In this document: piece by piece, positions 48,327 through 57,932 of the stretch
Layout: each line of letters opens with the position of its first letter
Numbering within the stretch: the stretch's first letter is position 1
Position numbers and translations under genes: made by a program
The notes under the pieces: generated by a model
Told to the model about the DNA's origin: nothing
Database searches by the model: none
What the model saw: only the letters and a program-made list of their open reading frames with translations
Assembly (NCBI GenBank): GCA_963727625.1
Contig: CAVSHR010000012.1
Coordinates: forward strand, 96,001-160,000
Source of the DNA: an uncultured delta proteobacterium
GTDB taxonomy: Bacteria > Desulfobacterota > Binatia > UBA9968
DNA: 64,000 nt
Direction: 5' to 3'

Positions 48327-49274
48327 ATGGACAAACCTATTAAGCTCACCATCGGCGGAACCTCCAAGCGCGTCGACATCGCCAACGTCGTCGCTCTGAC
48401 TTTTTTCAATAACGCGGATCTGCCGCGCCAATCCCGGCTCGACGTCGCCATGGGCTGGCGCGACTCCGACCTCGGCGGCACTGGCCCGGCTATTCTGGTC
48501 GACAAAAAGAAAATCGATTTCGGCTTCGGCAATCCGGTCGGTTTATCGGCGATGGCCTATCTCGGCTGCGGCTTTTACAAAAAGAAAATTCCCCTGCGCG
48601 CCATCGGCGTATTTCCGACCTGGGACCGGCTGATCTTCGCGGTGCGCAAAAACATCGGCATCGAGTCCCTCGAAGACGTCAAGAAACAGAAATATCCGCT
48701 GTGCATCTCGACGCGGCGGCGCGGCAAGCTGCAAACCACCATCTACGCCATCGAAGAAGTGCTCAAGGCCTACGGCATGAGCTACCGCGACATCGAGCGC
48801 TGGGGCGGCAAAATCATGGAAGCGCCCAACCCGAGCGGACCCATGCGCAAAGATCATATTCAATCCGGCAAGGCGGACGCCGTGTTCGACGAAGGCGTCA
48901 AAAGCTGGGGGCCGACGGCGCTCAACGCCGGCATGCGGTTTCTGCCGATCAACGACGCCGCGGCGCGCCATATGAGCAAACTCGGGTTTCCCAGCGCCAT
49001 GCTGACGCGCAAGCATTACGCCAAGCTCGACCGCGATATTCGCTGCGTGGATTTCAGCGGCTGGACCTTTTTCTGTCATGCCGATCTGCCCGCGCCTATC
49101 GCTTACGCGATGGCCAAAGCCGTCGATCTTTGTCATAAGCAGATTCCGGTGGACCATTTCGACAAGCGGGCGATGACCATGCGCGAGTTCTGCCGCGGCG
49201 GCGAAGCCGGACAGTTGAATATTCCGCTCCATCCCGGGGCGAAGAAATATTTTCGTGAGAAAGGTTATCTTTAA
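48327..49274 (+). CDS. TAXI-type solute-binding-fold protein, no evident signal peptide
   Basis: C-terminal IPLHPGAKKYFREKGYL typical of TAXI receptors; GIESLEDVK, GKADAVFD. Confidence 0.75.
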   Translation: MDKPIKLTIGGTSKRVDIANVVALTFFNNADLPRQSRLDVAMGWRDSDLGGTGPAILVDKKKIDFGFGNPVGLSAMAYLGCGFYKKKIPLRAIGVFPTWDRLIFAVRKNIGIESLEDVKKQKYPLCISTRRRGKLQTTIYAIEEVLKAYGMSYRDIERWGGKIMEAPNPSGPMRKDHIQSGKADAVFDEGVKSWGPTALNAGMRFLPINDAAARHMSKLGFPSAMLTRKHYAKLDRDIRCVDFSGWTFFCHADLPAPIAYAMAKAVDLCHKQIPVDHFDKRAMTMREFCRGGEAGQLNIPLHPGAKKYFREKGYL

Positions 49275-49431
49275 GCTATTGTTTACGCGCTGATGTTCTT
49301 CGTAGCCGAGAGTCACCTTTTGGAAGGCCAGGACGTGCGCACGCCGGATATTTTTGATATTGGGAAGAACTATCAGGCCATCGGCACCCGCTACCCGGAC
49401 ATTTTCGGAGGAGCAAAATGAAAACCTCTTG

Positions 49432-49581
49432 GTTCAAAGCGTTCAAAAAGTTCAAGCCGTTCAAATCGTCACGGAGGTTCAAAACTCCCTCCCTCCTTCG
49501 ATCCTCCCCGCGACGCTGGGGAGGACGTAAGGAGGAGGTTTGAACGGAGCGCAGTGGTTGAACGGCTTCAACGATTTGAAC
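49432..49581. repeat. Inverted element with 9-bp periodic GTTCAA/TTGAAC arms and a central GC hairpin
   Basis: GTTCAAAGC GTTCAAAAA GTTCAAGCC GTTCAAATC ... TCCTCCCC-8nt-GGGGAGGA ... GGTTGAAC GGCTTCAAC GATTTGAAC. Confidence 0.85.
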
Positions 49582-49615
49582 AAGAATTTTTTCTGTCTCT
49601 TGAAAGGAATTCGCT

Positions 49616-50596
49616 ATGTCTCTTAAACCTAAAATCACCTTGGGTCTTCCGGACCATCCGCGCTGCCAGGCAATTATCCACGGCAAGGTCGGCATCGAGG
49701 GTTACGACCTCGAGGTTGACCCAAACTTTACGAGTTCCGGCGAGCGGCACTACAAATATTTGCACGGTCAGTGGGATGTCGGCGAAGTGTCGGCCGCAAG
49801 CTTGTTGCGTGCCATCGAAAACGGCCAAGAGCTGCTGGCCATCCCGGTGTTCTTCGAGCGTGGGCCAAGGCAGCGCAATATCTATCATTGCGAAGACAAG
49901 CTCAAGCACCCTTCGGAACTGCGCGGCAAGAAGTTCGGCTGTTTCCGCTACGGCGCAACGGCGGTGGTTTGGGCACGCGGTTATCTGCTCGATGCCCACG
50001 ACATCAAAACCACCGACATGCAGTGGTTCGTCTCAGGCCGCGAGGTTTTCATCGGCCATGAGCTACCGGTCAAAGTGCAGCGCATCGAGCCGCCGCCGCC
50101 CTTCGGCGGCGAGAAGCTCGTGCTTTCAAAAATGCTGAACGAAGGCGAACTGCACGGCGCGGTGGTACCGGGGGATAACGGCTATGCCGGATTTTTCGGC
50201 GGCGGCGAAACGCCGAAGATGATGTCCGCCTATTCCGGCGTAAAGCCGCTCTTCGACGACAGCCAGGAAATCATCGACTACGTCAAGAAAACCGGCATCA
50301 ATCCGATCATGCACGTCTTGTCGGTCCGCCGCGAGGTCGCCGAGCGCCACCCGGATTTACCGGCAAAATTGACCCGGGCTTTCATGGAAGCGCGCGACGT
50401 CGCCGCGCAGTACATGACCGAGGAAGAGCGCGCGGGCTATCAAAAAGAACGCGAAGTGCTCGGCGAAGACCCTTACGCCTACGTGATGGGCGGGAACGAG
50501 AAGCGCACGCTGGCGGCGATGAATCGCTATCAGATCGAGCAAGGTCTGATGAAAACCACACTGCCGATGGATGATCTGTTCGTCGGCTATGTTTAA
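49616..50596 (+). CDS. 4,5-dihydroxyphthalate decarboxylase-like protein (SBP fold)
   Basis: GKVGIEG, WDVGEVS, AIPVF, ELRGKKFG, TAVVWARG, TGINPIMH, DPYAY, EQGL. Confidence 0.75.
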   Translation: MSLKPKITLGLPDHPRCQAIIHGKVGIEGYDLEVDPNFTSSGERHYKYLHGQWDVGEVSAASLLRAIENGQELLAIPVFFERGPRQRNIYHCEDKLKHPSELRGKKFGCFRYGATAVVWARGYLLDAHDIKTTDMQWFVSGREVFIGHELPVKVQRIEPPPPFGGEKLVLSKMLNEGELHGAVVPGDNGYAGFFGGGETPKMMSAYSGVKPLFDDSQEIIDYVKKTGINPIMHVLSVRREVAERHPDLPAKLTRAFMEARDVAAQYMTEEERAGYQKEREVLGEDPYAYVMGGNEKRTLAAMNRYQIEQGLMKTTLPMDDLFVGYV

Positions 50597-50615
50597 CAAA
50601 GGGGGAAGCGAAATA

Positions 50616-51620
50616 ATGAGAAAACACATGTCCGGCGTTCTTTTACTGATAGGGATTTTGGCGATTTTAGTCTATGCCCAGTCTTCGGCTGCGGCAACGC
50701 TCGAAGAAGCAGCAAAGGCGGAAGGGGAAGTGGTATTTTATAGCTCGCTCAATAATGAACAAATTAAAACTCTGGTCGACCGATTCCAGAAAAAGTATCC
50801 GCCGATCAAAGCCTCGTTCTATCGCGGTACCAGCGACCGGGTTTTGCAACGAATTACGACTGAAGCGAAGGCCGGTCGTCATAGCGTCGATGTTTTTTCC
50901 GCGGCGGGCTTTCAACTCCAGTTGCTGAAGGAGAGCGGCTTAACGGCCAAATATATCCCCATGGAAGCCGCCGCCTATGACGGTGGTTTCAAGGACGCCG
51001 ACGGTCATTGGGTGAGCGTCCACTCCTTGCTCAATAGCATGGCCTACAACACGAATCTGGTTGCGGCGAAAGACGCCCCAAAAAAGATTGAAGATCTGCT
51101 ACAACCCAGGTGGAAAGGCAGGATCGGCATCGATGTCGGCGACGCCGAGTGGTACGCCAACGTCCAACGGATCATGGGGAAAGAAAGGGCGCGCAATTTT
51201 CTCAAAGCGTTGGCCGCGCAAAAAGTCGGGCTGAGGAACGGCCACAATCTCCTGGCACAACTCACCGCCGCCGGAGAATTTCACGTGATTCTGAACACCT
51301 ACGCCCACATCGCCGCGCGCATGAAAAAACAAGGAGCGCCGATTCAATGGGTTTTCGACGAGCCGGTCATCACCTACGTGCATCCCATCGCCGTGGCACG
51401 GCAGGCGCTCCACCCAAACGCCGGGCGCCTGTTCGAGAGTTTTGTCCTGTCTGAAGAAGGACAAAAGATGCTGCGAGATCAAGGCCGAATTCCCAGCCAT
51501 AGGGACGTTGACCCGAAGGTCTTTTCCCTGCGCAACATCAAACTTTTTCCCAGCGACCCGCAATGGGCCAAAGAATATCCGGCGGCGCTGGAAGAGATGG
51601 AAAAAATTCTCGGCAAGTGA
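50616..51620 (+). CDS. Extracellular solute-binding protein (Fe3+/thiamine-type)
   Basis: Signal peptide, AAKAEGEVVFYSS, EDLLQPRWKG, HPNAGRLF, SEEGQ. Confidence 0.88.
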   Translation: MRKHMSGVLLLIGILAILVYAQSSAAATLEEAAKAEGEVVFYSSLNNEQIKTLVDRFQKKYPPIKASFYRGTSDRVLQRITTEAKAGRHSVDVFSAAGFQLQLLKESGLTAKYIPMEAAAYDGGFKDADGHWVSVHSLLNSMAYNTNLVAAKDAPKKIEDLLQPRWKGRIGIDVGDAEWYANVQRIMGKERARNFLKALAAQKVGLRNGHNLLAQLTAAGEFHVILNTYAHIAARMKKQGAPIQWVFDEPVITYVHPIAVARQALHPNAGRLFESFVLSEEGQKMLRDQGRIPSHRDVDPKVFSLRNIKLFPSDPQWAKEYPAALEEMEKILGK

Positions 51621-51694
51621 CCAGTTCGATTCTCTAACCTATTTAGGTCGTTGGCGACCAACGTCTCAGAAGGCGCCAGCGAGGACGGTTACCG

Positions 51695-53563
51695 ATGAAA
51701 GACTCACTCCCCGGCGGCTACATGGGCAGGATCCTCCGCGTCGATCTCAGCGCCGGTGTGCTGACGGATAACGACCTACCCTCTGAGCCGATACTCAGAA
51801 AATTCATCGGCGGGCAGGCGCTGGGAACCTACATTCTGTTGAATGAACTGCCTCTCGATGCCACGCCCTTCGGTCCGGAAAATATTGTCGTCATGATGAC
51901 CGGCCCGCTCACCGGCAACGGCTTCACCCCCGGCGGCACCAAGATGACCGCGGTTTATTTAAGCCCGCTCACCGGCAATACGCTCGGACGCGGCGCGACC
52001 AGCGGTTACTGGGGAACCTATCTCAAAGCAGCTGGGTATGACGGCATCATCCTCAAGGGCGCTTCATTGAAACCGGTTTATCTCTATATCAAGGACGGCA
52101 AGCCCGAATTACGCGACGCTACGCAGGTCTGGGGCCTCGGCACGCGTGAAACGGAAGATCGCTTGCGTGAGATCGTCGGCAACCGCGATGCCCGAGTGCT
52201 GTGCATCGGCCCTGCCGGCGAACACATGAACCGCGCCGCCATGCTCGCCAACGACTATAATCACTTTGCCGCGCATAGCGGTGGCGCCGTGCTCGGCTCG
52301 AAAAAACTCAAAGCCATCGTCGTCTCCGGCACACTCAGGCCAAGCTACCGCGACAAAGCCAAGCTCGCTGACGCGGGCGCGCGTTGGCGCGCCGTGTTGC
52401 AGCAGCACGATGTGAAAAAGAAAAAAACCAAATACGGCCACGGCGATTCCTGGGGCGCTTTGAATAATCTCAACTGGCGCAGCACCGACATCCAACCCGC
52501 ACACATCAAAGGCTTCGATCGAAACGACGTCGTTCTTCGTCCGTGCTTTCAATGCGCGCGCATGTGCCCATGGGACGCCAAGCTCGGCGAAGGCGAGTTC
52601 AAAGGCACGGTAGTGCATTTCAACGCCGGCGGCGAATGGCTCGATACTTTTTTCAATCTCGGCATCAAAGGCAACGCCGTTCTTTACTTAGCCGAGAAAA
52701 TCAACAATCTCGGTATCGAGTGCAGCCACTTTTCCTGCGGCGCCGGTGTCGCCTTTGAAGCCTGGGAAAAAGGACTGCTCGGTCCCGACCGCACCAACGG
52801 CTTGAAGCTCGAATGGGGCAACGTCGAAGCCGTCGATAAACTCTTGGACATGGCAGCGCGTCGCGATGGCTGGCTCGGCAACCTACTCGCCGAGGGTCCG
52901 AAACAGCTTGCCGAAGCCCTCGGCGGCGACGCCCCCAAATGGGCCGTGCATACCAAAGGCGGCACGCCGGCAATGCACGAATGGCGCCCGTTGCTCGGGC
53001 AAATGCTCAGAGAATTAGTCGCCAGCGGCGGCATGAAACCGCAGGGCGGCGGTTCGACCAATCCGCCTCCGGATCTGCGCGACAAAGAGAAATGGGGACC
53101 GCTGACGATGGACAATCCCGAGGGTTGGGTCTGGTCCCATGTTCTGTCCGAGCAGTATCGCCAGTTCACCGGCATCTTCGGCGGCTGCTGGTTCGCCCAA
53201 GAGAGTCACAAAAAAGACGGCCTCAACAGCATCGTCGATGCCTTCAATGCCATCACCGGCTGGAATTTCACCATGGGCGAGGCCCTCCAAGCCGGCCAGC
53301 GCAGCATGATTTTGCAAAGCCTCTTCGGCACCCAACGCGGCTGGATCGCCGACTTCGACTGGCAGGACGTCGGCCCAAGATTTTTGGAACCGATCCCCGA
53401 CGGCAAGTACCAAGGCTTCACCATCGCCAAGTGGCTCCCCGACATGATCTGGGAATACTACAAATTATCCGGCAGGCATGAGCGCACCGGAAGACCTTTC
53501 AAGGACACGCTGGAAAGATTGGGACTGCAGGAATTCATGAAGTGGAGCCACGAAATAACCTAG
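51695..53563 (+). CDS. Aldehyde:ferredoxin oxidoreductase (AOR/WOR) family protein, divergent (copy 1)
   Basis: GRILRVDLS, GPLTG, SPLTG, LKAAGYDG, IGPAGE, GSKKLKA, CxxCxxxC (CFQCARMC), distal GCWF. Confidence 0.9.
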   Translation: MKDSLPGGYMGRILRVDLSAGVLTDNDLPSEPILRKFIGGQALGTYILLNELPLDATPFGPENIVVMMTGPLTGNGFTPGGTKMTAVYLSPLTGNTLGRGATSGYWGTYLKAAGYDGIILKGASLKPVYLYIKDGKPELRDATQVWGLGTRETEDRLREIVGNRDARVLCIGPAGEHMNRAAMLANDYNHFAAHSGGAVLGSKKLKAIVVSGTLRPSYRDKAKLADAGARWRAVLQQHDVKKKKTKYGHGDSWGALNNLNWRSTDIQPAHIKGFDRNDVVLRPCFQCARMCPWDAKLGEGEFKGTVVHFNAGGEWLDTFFNLGIKGNAVLYLAEKINNLGIECSHFSCGAGVAFEAWEKGLLGPDRTNGLKLEWGNVEAVDKLLDMAARRDGWLGNLLAEGPKQLAEALGGDAPKWAVHTKGGTPAMHEWRPLLGQMLRELVASGGMKPQGGGSTNPPPDLRDKEKWGPLTMDNPEGWVWSHVLSEQYRQFTGIFGGCWFAQESHKKDGLNSIVDAFNAITGWNFTMGEALQAGQRSMILQSLFGTQRGWIADFDWQDVGPRFLEPIPDGKYQGFTIAKWLPDMIWEYYKLSGRHERTGRPFKDTLERLGLQEFMKWSHEIT

Positions 53564-53696
53564 CTCAATGACATTGACCGCTCGACAGGGCCGTAAAGTT
53601 GATGCGTATCATCCCTTCGTCAACGACCCGAGACCTTCGGCTCTGGCTTTTCTGTACAGGAGGGATGACCACAACGCTATCGCAATTTAGGACGAG

Positions 53697-55184
53697 ATGG
53701 ACTCTCCGAATACCGCGCTCTCGACTTGCCATTTGGGGAAAATGCAGTGGTTAATTCTGAGTGCGATCCTCGCGGCATCCTTTTGCCTGCGCCTTACCTT
53801 TGTACACGAGCCCTTTGAGAGAGACGAAGGTTCCTACGCTTACATCGGCCAGGAGATTTTGCGGGGTGCCGTTCCCTATAAGGACGTCATCGAGATCAAG
53901 CCGCCGGCTATCTATTATCTCTACGCCGCGGGAATGACAATTTTTGGCGAAACCACAGAAGGGATACGAATCTTCACTGCATTGTATTCGCTTCTAACCG
54001 TGTACGCGGTATTTCTGGTAACCTGTCAGATTGCGGGTCGAAAAGCCGGCTTGATCTCATCGGTCCTCTATGGAGTCTTCTCCTCTGCGCCTTTGCTGCA
54101 GGGGAGCAGCAGCAATACAGAAGTTTTCCTAGCCCTACCTTGGGTACTCGGTATCTACTTTATCTTGCGGGCCATGGCCAACGGAGAGCGAAGATACCTT
54201 TTCCTTTGCGGCGTATCTTGCGCGGCCGCAATGCTAGTCAAGACTGTAGCGATTCCGCTGGTGTTATTAGCTGCGCTAGGCGCAGCCTCTTTGCCCAGGC
54301 CAGATCAGACGATCCGTGAGAAAGCCTTGGATCTAGCGATGCTGGGTTTCGGTGCAGCTATTTTGGCGTCAATCACCGTGGCGTATTTTTTCTTGAATGG
54401 AACGCTCGATGATTTTCTTTATTGGAATGTAACATTCGCGCTTCGATACTTGTCTACGAAGGTCGGCGGTCCGCCGTTCCTGTGGACATCCTACGTCCTC
54501 GTTCCTGAATTACTTCCACTGGTTCTTGCGGCGATCCCGACATTTTTCAGGCTGCTATTCAAGGTGCGCGGCCGGAGGGAATGTATCGTCGCCTTGACCC
54601 TGCCGGCCGCACTGATCGGAGTGATCCTCCCGGGAAAGAATTTTCCACACTATTTTATCCAATTAGTCCCGCCCCTCGCGATCCTTGCGGGGATTGAAAT
54701 TGCCCGGCTTTCTACAATGAACGGATGGCCGCTTAATATCAAATCCTTGTTACTTGTGTCCGCAACTTTCCTTTCGGTCTATATGCGGTACGACTATTAT
54801 CTGCTGTACACGCCCAATCAGGTCTCCATTAAAAAATACGGCCCTGTCTTCGTGGAATCGTTGGAAGTGGCGCGCTACCTGAGAGAGCGAACTCTTCCCT
54901 CGGACTACGTATTCCAGTGGGGATTCGAAATGGAACTGTACTATCTGACGTCACGAAGATCCCCGGTGCCCTTCATAGCAAGCCTATTTGTCGGTTGGTC
55001 GAAGGATCCCGCAAACGCCGCGCGTCGGATGGCCAAAGGAATCAATGAAAAGAAACCGAAATACATCGTCTTCCAAGAAAAGTGGGGGAATGTTCCCGGG
55101 CACGCGGAAATCATCAGGATTCTGATGCGGGACTATGTTTTTGAAGCGACAATTGCCTATGCACAGATCTACCGCCGAAAATAG
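53697..55184 (+). CDS. GT-C fold membrane glycosyltransferase (ArnT/PMT-like)
   Basis: ERDEGSYAYIG, PYKD...KPPAIYYLY, NTEVF, FPHYF; many TM segments. Confidence 0.82.
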   Translation: MDSPNTALSTCHLGKMQWLILSAILAASFCLRLTFVHEPFERDEGSYAYIGQEILRGAVPYKDVIEIKPPAIYYLYAAGMTIFGETTEGIRIFTALYSLLTVYAVFLVTCQIAGRKAGLISSVLYGVFSSAPLLQGSSSNTEVFLALPWVLGIYFILRAMANGERRYLFLCGVSCAAAMLVKTVAIPLVLLAALGAASLPRPDQTIREKALDLAMLGFGAAILASITVAYFFLNGTLDDFLYWNVTFALRYLSTKVGGPPFLWTSYVLVPELLPLVLAAIPTFFRLLFKVRGRRECIVALTLPAALIGVILPGKNFPHYFIQLVPPLAILAGIEIARLSTMNGWPLNIKSLLLVSATFLSVYMRYDYYLLYTPNQVSIKKYGPVFVESLEVARYLRERTLPSDYVFQWGFEMELYYLTSRRSPVPFIASLFVGWSKDPANAARRMAKGINEKKPKYIVFQEKWGNVPGHAEIIRILMRDYVFEATIAYAQIYRRK

Positions 55185-55219
55185 ACGCCTCGAGCAATTT
55201 CGATTTTGGACGCATTGCA

Positions 55220-55957
55220 CTACGATATCATTGGTAGTGCGTCCAATAACCGGCTTGCGCCTTTTATCGAATTTCGCACTCGCAACTTCTTTTGTACCAG
55301 CCAGACCCGCGCCGCGATTGGATGAACGACTGGTATTCCCAAATCGTTTTCTATGGCGACTATATCCTTCACTTGCCAGGCGCCGGAGCCGAGAAGATAG
55401 ATGCCCTGCGCCGCGGGATGTTTATTGAATGAAGATTTGAGATGCTGGTAAATCGTGTCCGTCGAGATTTTGTCTGCCTCGTACGGCGTCGTATCCATGC
55501 CTTCCATTCCCAACACTTCGAAACCGGCATCGGTAAAATAGCGCGAAAAAAGAGCATTGAGTTTGTTGTCGTTAAAATAAGTGCAGCCGACGAACTTCTT
55601 GATCCCGAGCGCACGCATAGCTTCGGTTTGTGACATTCCGGAAGTGAAAATGGGAATTTTATATTTTGCCTCCCAGCCGCCGACGATCTCCTGCTCGGCC
55701 TTATAACCGCGCACCATGAACGGCGGCCCGCCCTCGGGATGAATCAAATCGACGCCGATCTCGGCAAGATCGGCTACTTTTGCGTTGTAAGTCTCCAGAG
55801 CGCCGAGATAGCCCCGTTCGGAATGCTCTTTGATGCCGGCATACATGGGGATACAGCCCACGCCCTCCGGCAATAATCGAATGAACTCCACCAGCGAACC
55901 CGAACCGTACGTCGGCTTTACGACGCCAACCGTTCCACGCCATGTTCCAGACGACAT
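55220..55957 (-). CDS. Asp/Glu racemase superfamily protein (maleate isomerase/arylmalonate decarboxylase-like)
   Basis: VGVVKP, LPEGVG, AMRALGIKK, YFTDAGFEV, IENDLGIPVV. Confidence 0.78.
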   Translation of the reverse strand: MSSGTWRGTVGVVKPTYGSGSLVEFIRLLPEGVGCIPMYAGIKEHSERGYLGALETYNAKVADLAEIGVDLIHPEGGPPFMVRGYKAEQEIVGGWEAKYKIPIFTSGMSQTEAMRALGIKKFVGCTYFNDNKLNALFSRYFTDAGFEVLGMEGMDTTPYEADKISTDTIYQHLKSSFNKHPAAQGIYLLGSGAWQVKDIVAIENDLGIPVVHPIAARVWLVQKKLRVRNSIKGASRLLDALPMIS

Positions 55958-56179
55958 ATGAACCTCCCTGAAAGTAAATTGTCCGTCTCGATTCGAGGCA
56001 TGCTAAGCGTTCTTGCGGGATAAAAACAAGCGCCTCGCGCCCGCTTTTTGCCGCCGATCAAGTTCCTCTTGGATGGCAACCGAAACTTTGTCCATTTTGC
56101 GCTCGGCTACAGGTTGACGCATGTAAAAGTTAAGTGATAGATGACGCATTTAGCAAGTTTGAATTAGAAAGGATGCCGA

Positions 56180-56986
56180 ATGGCTATCAATCCAACCGTT
56201 ACTTTGAAACAACAATATGGCAACCTCGTGCCTACGGCGCGTTTGATAGATGGCAAACCGCGCAGTATTCTTTTCGACGCCACCAAGTGCATCGGCTGCC
56301 GCCACTGCGTGCAAGCTTGCAAAGACTGGAACGATCACGCCCGCACTAGCCTCTACGAACTTTCCAGCACCAATTGGATCACCATGGAGCCGCCGGTGCT
56401 CGAAGGCATGTCACCTTTGTGGGCGCGCAACAGCTGCATGCACTGCAACTTCGCCGCCTGCGCCGCCGTCTGCCCGGTGGAGGCGATCACGAAATATGAA
56501 GAAGGCCCGGTGGTCATCAATAAAGACGTCTGCATCGGCTGCGAATACTGCATCCACGCCTGTCCCTGGGAAGTGATCACCAAGAACGACATCACCGACA
56601 AAGCCAGCAAATGCACGATGTGTAGCGACCGAATCAGCGAGGATAAGCAGCCCTTCTGTGTCCAGGCCTGCCCGGTCAACGCTCTCGATTTCGGTCTGTC
56701 GGAAGAAATCTCCGACAAAGCAAAAAAGCAGGCCGACGCGGTCGGCGGTTACACCTACGGCGAGAACGAAGCCGGCGGCGGCAACGTCGTCTACGTGTTT
56801 AAAGAAAGCAAGGACAAATACGGCGTGCGTCACATCGACCCAGAAAAATTTCCCAAGCATCGAATTCCCCTCGGTTTGATGCTCAAAGATCTGTTCACGC
56901 CGCGCTGCGGTATCGCCGGCAAGATGCGTGCGCTTTGGCTCGCGATCACTCACCCCAAGAGGCTGATCTACCGGTATTTTTCCTGA
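56180..56986 (+). CDS. 4x[4Fe-4S] electron-transfer subunit (FdnH/HybA/DmsB-like)
   Basis: CIGCRHCVQAC, CMHC...CAAVCP, CIGCEYCIHACP, KCTMC...CVQACP. Confidence 0.93.
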   Translation: MAINPTVTLKQQYGNLVPTARLIDGKPRSILFDATKCIGCRHCVQACKDWNDHARTSLYELSSTNWITMEPPVLEGMSPLWARNSCMHCNFAACAAVCPVEAITKYEEGPVVINKDVCIGCEYCIHACPWEVITKNDITDKASKCTMCSDRISEDKQPFCVQACPVNALDFGLSEEISDKAKKQADAVGGYTYGENEAGGGNVVYVFKESKDKYGVRHIDPEKFPKHRIPLGLMLKDLFTPRCGIAGKMRALWLAITHPKRLIYRYFS

Positions 56987-57086
56987 GAGCAGCGATTCGT
57001 GTGGGAGATAAATAACCGGCCTTTTAAAATAGTGAGGGACTGCAAGCCCTGTCTCGACGAAAACACCAATAGAAGGAAGAACTAAA

Positions 57087-57815
57087 ATGACTTCGGAACC
57101 GCAACTACGCGAACAACTGGCGACCTGCACGCGAATCTTCGCCATGCAGGGAGTGATTGGCCTGTTCGGCCATGTAAGCGTCTACCAGCCGGAAACTAAG
57201 ACTGTGTTCGTGACCCCCGGCTCGGGGTCGGACAAGGCCAACTTTTTGCCCTCGGACATGATACCCATCAATCTGGACGGCAAACCCCATGACGGCAAGA
57301 CCATGCCTCCGGTGGAATGGCCCATCCACACGGCACTGCACGCCGCGCGCTCGGACGCGCTGGCGGTGGCACACTTGCACACGCCCTATGCAACCCTGTT
57401 CGCTATCGCCAAAAGGGATTTTCATCCGGTGACGCTGCAAGGAACGATTTTCGGCGAGGGCGTGCCGCTCTACAAAGAAGCCCACCTGGTCACCACGCCG
57501 CAGCGCGGCGAAGCGTTGCTCAAAACCATCGGCGATCATCGCGCCGTGCTCATGCGCGGCCATGGCATCGTGGTCGCGGGAAAGAGCCTCGCCGAGGTTC
57601 TCTTCGCGTCCCTAATACTTGAAGACGATGCGAAAAAAACCATGCAGGCGGCGGCGCTCGGCCCGGTTGAGCATTTCACTGCGGACGAATGCAAAACCTT
57701 CAACGCCGAAATCGATTTCGGGCGGCGCGCCAACCGGGCTTGGGAATATTTTTCGCGCGTCGAATCGCAATGGGATAAACAAGGTGGAACTGGAAAAATT
57801 GAGTTGTTCCCTTAA
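57087..57815 (+). CDS. Class II aldolase/adducin family protein
   Basis: GHVS, EWPIHTALH, HLH, LMRGHG. Confidence 0.92.
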   Translation: MTSEPQLREQLATCTRIFAMQGVIGLFGHVSVYQPETKTVFVTPGSGSDKANFLPSDMIPINLDGKPHDGKTMPPVEWPIHTALHAARSDALAVAHLHTPYATLFAIAKRDFHPVTLQGTIFGEGVPLYKEAHLVTTPQRGEALLKTIGDHRAVLMRGHGIVVAGKSLAEVLFASLILEDDAKKTMQAAALGPVEHFTADECKTFNAEIDFGRRANRAWEYFSRVESQWDKQGGTGKIELFP

Positions 57816-57827
57816 TTGTGGATACCT

Positions 57828-57918
57828 GTTCAAATCGTTCAAAATGTTTAAGCCGTTCAAAACGTTCGAACCTCCGAAACACGGATGGAACGAATGGAAC
57901 TACTTGAACGGCTTGAAC
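57828..57918. repeat. Inverted element with 9-bp periodic GTTCAA/TTGAAC arms
   Basis: GTTCAAATC GTTCAAAAT GTTTAAGCC GTTCAAAAC ... GATGGAAC GAATGGAAC TACTTGAAC GGCTTGAAC. Confidence 0.85.
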
Positions 57919-57932
57919 AGAGGAGCAAAAAA

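Noticed and set aside
57885-57932. N-terminal extensions such as MERMELLERLEQ (57885) and MSSSEHSTLNPRRETLD (63306)
   Set aside because: These are read-through translations of the intergenic repeats. Better starts lie downstream (57933, with an AGGAG RBS, and 63243).
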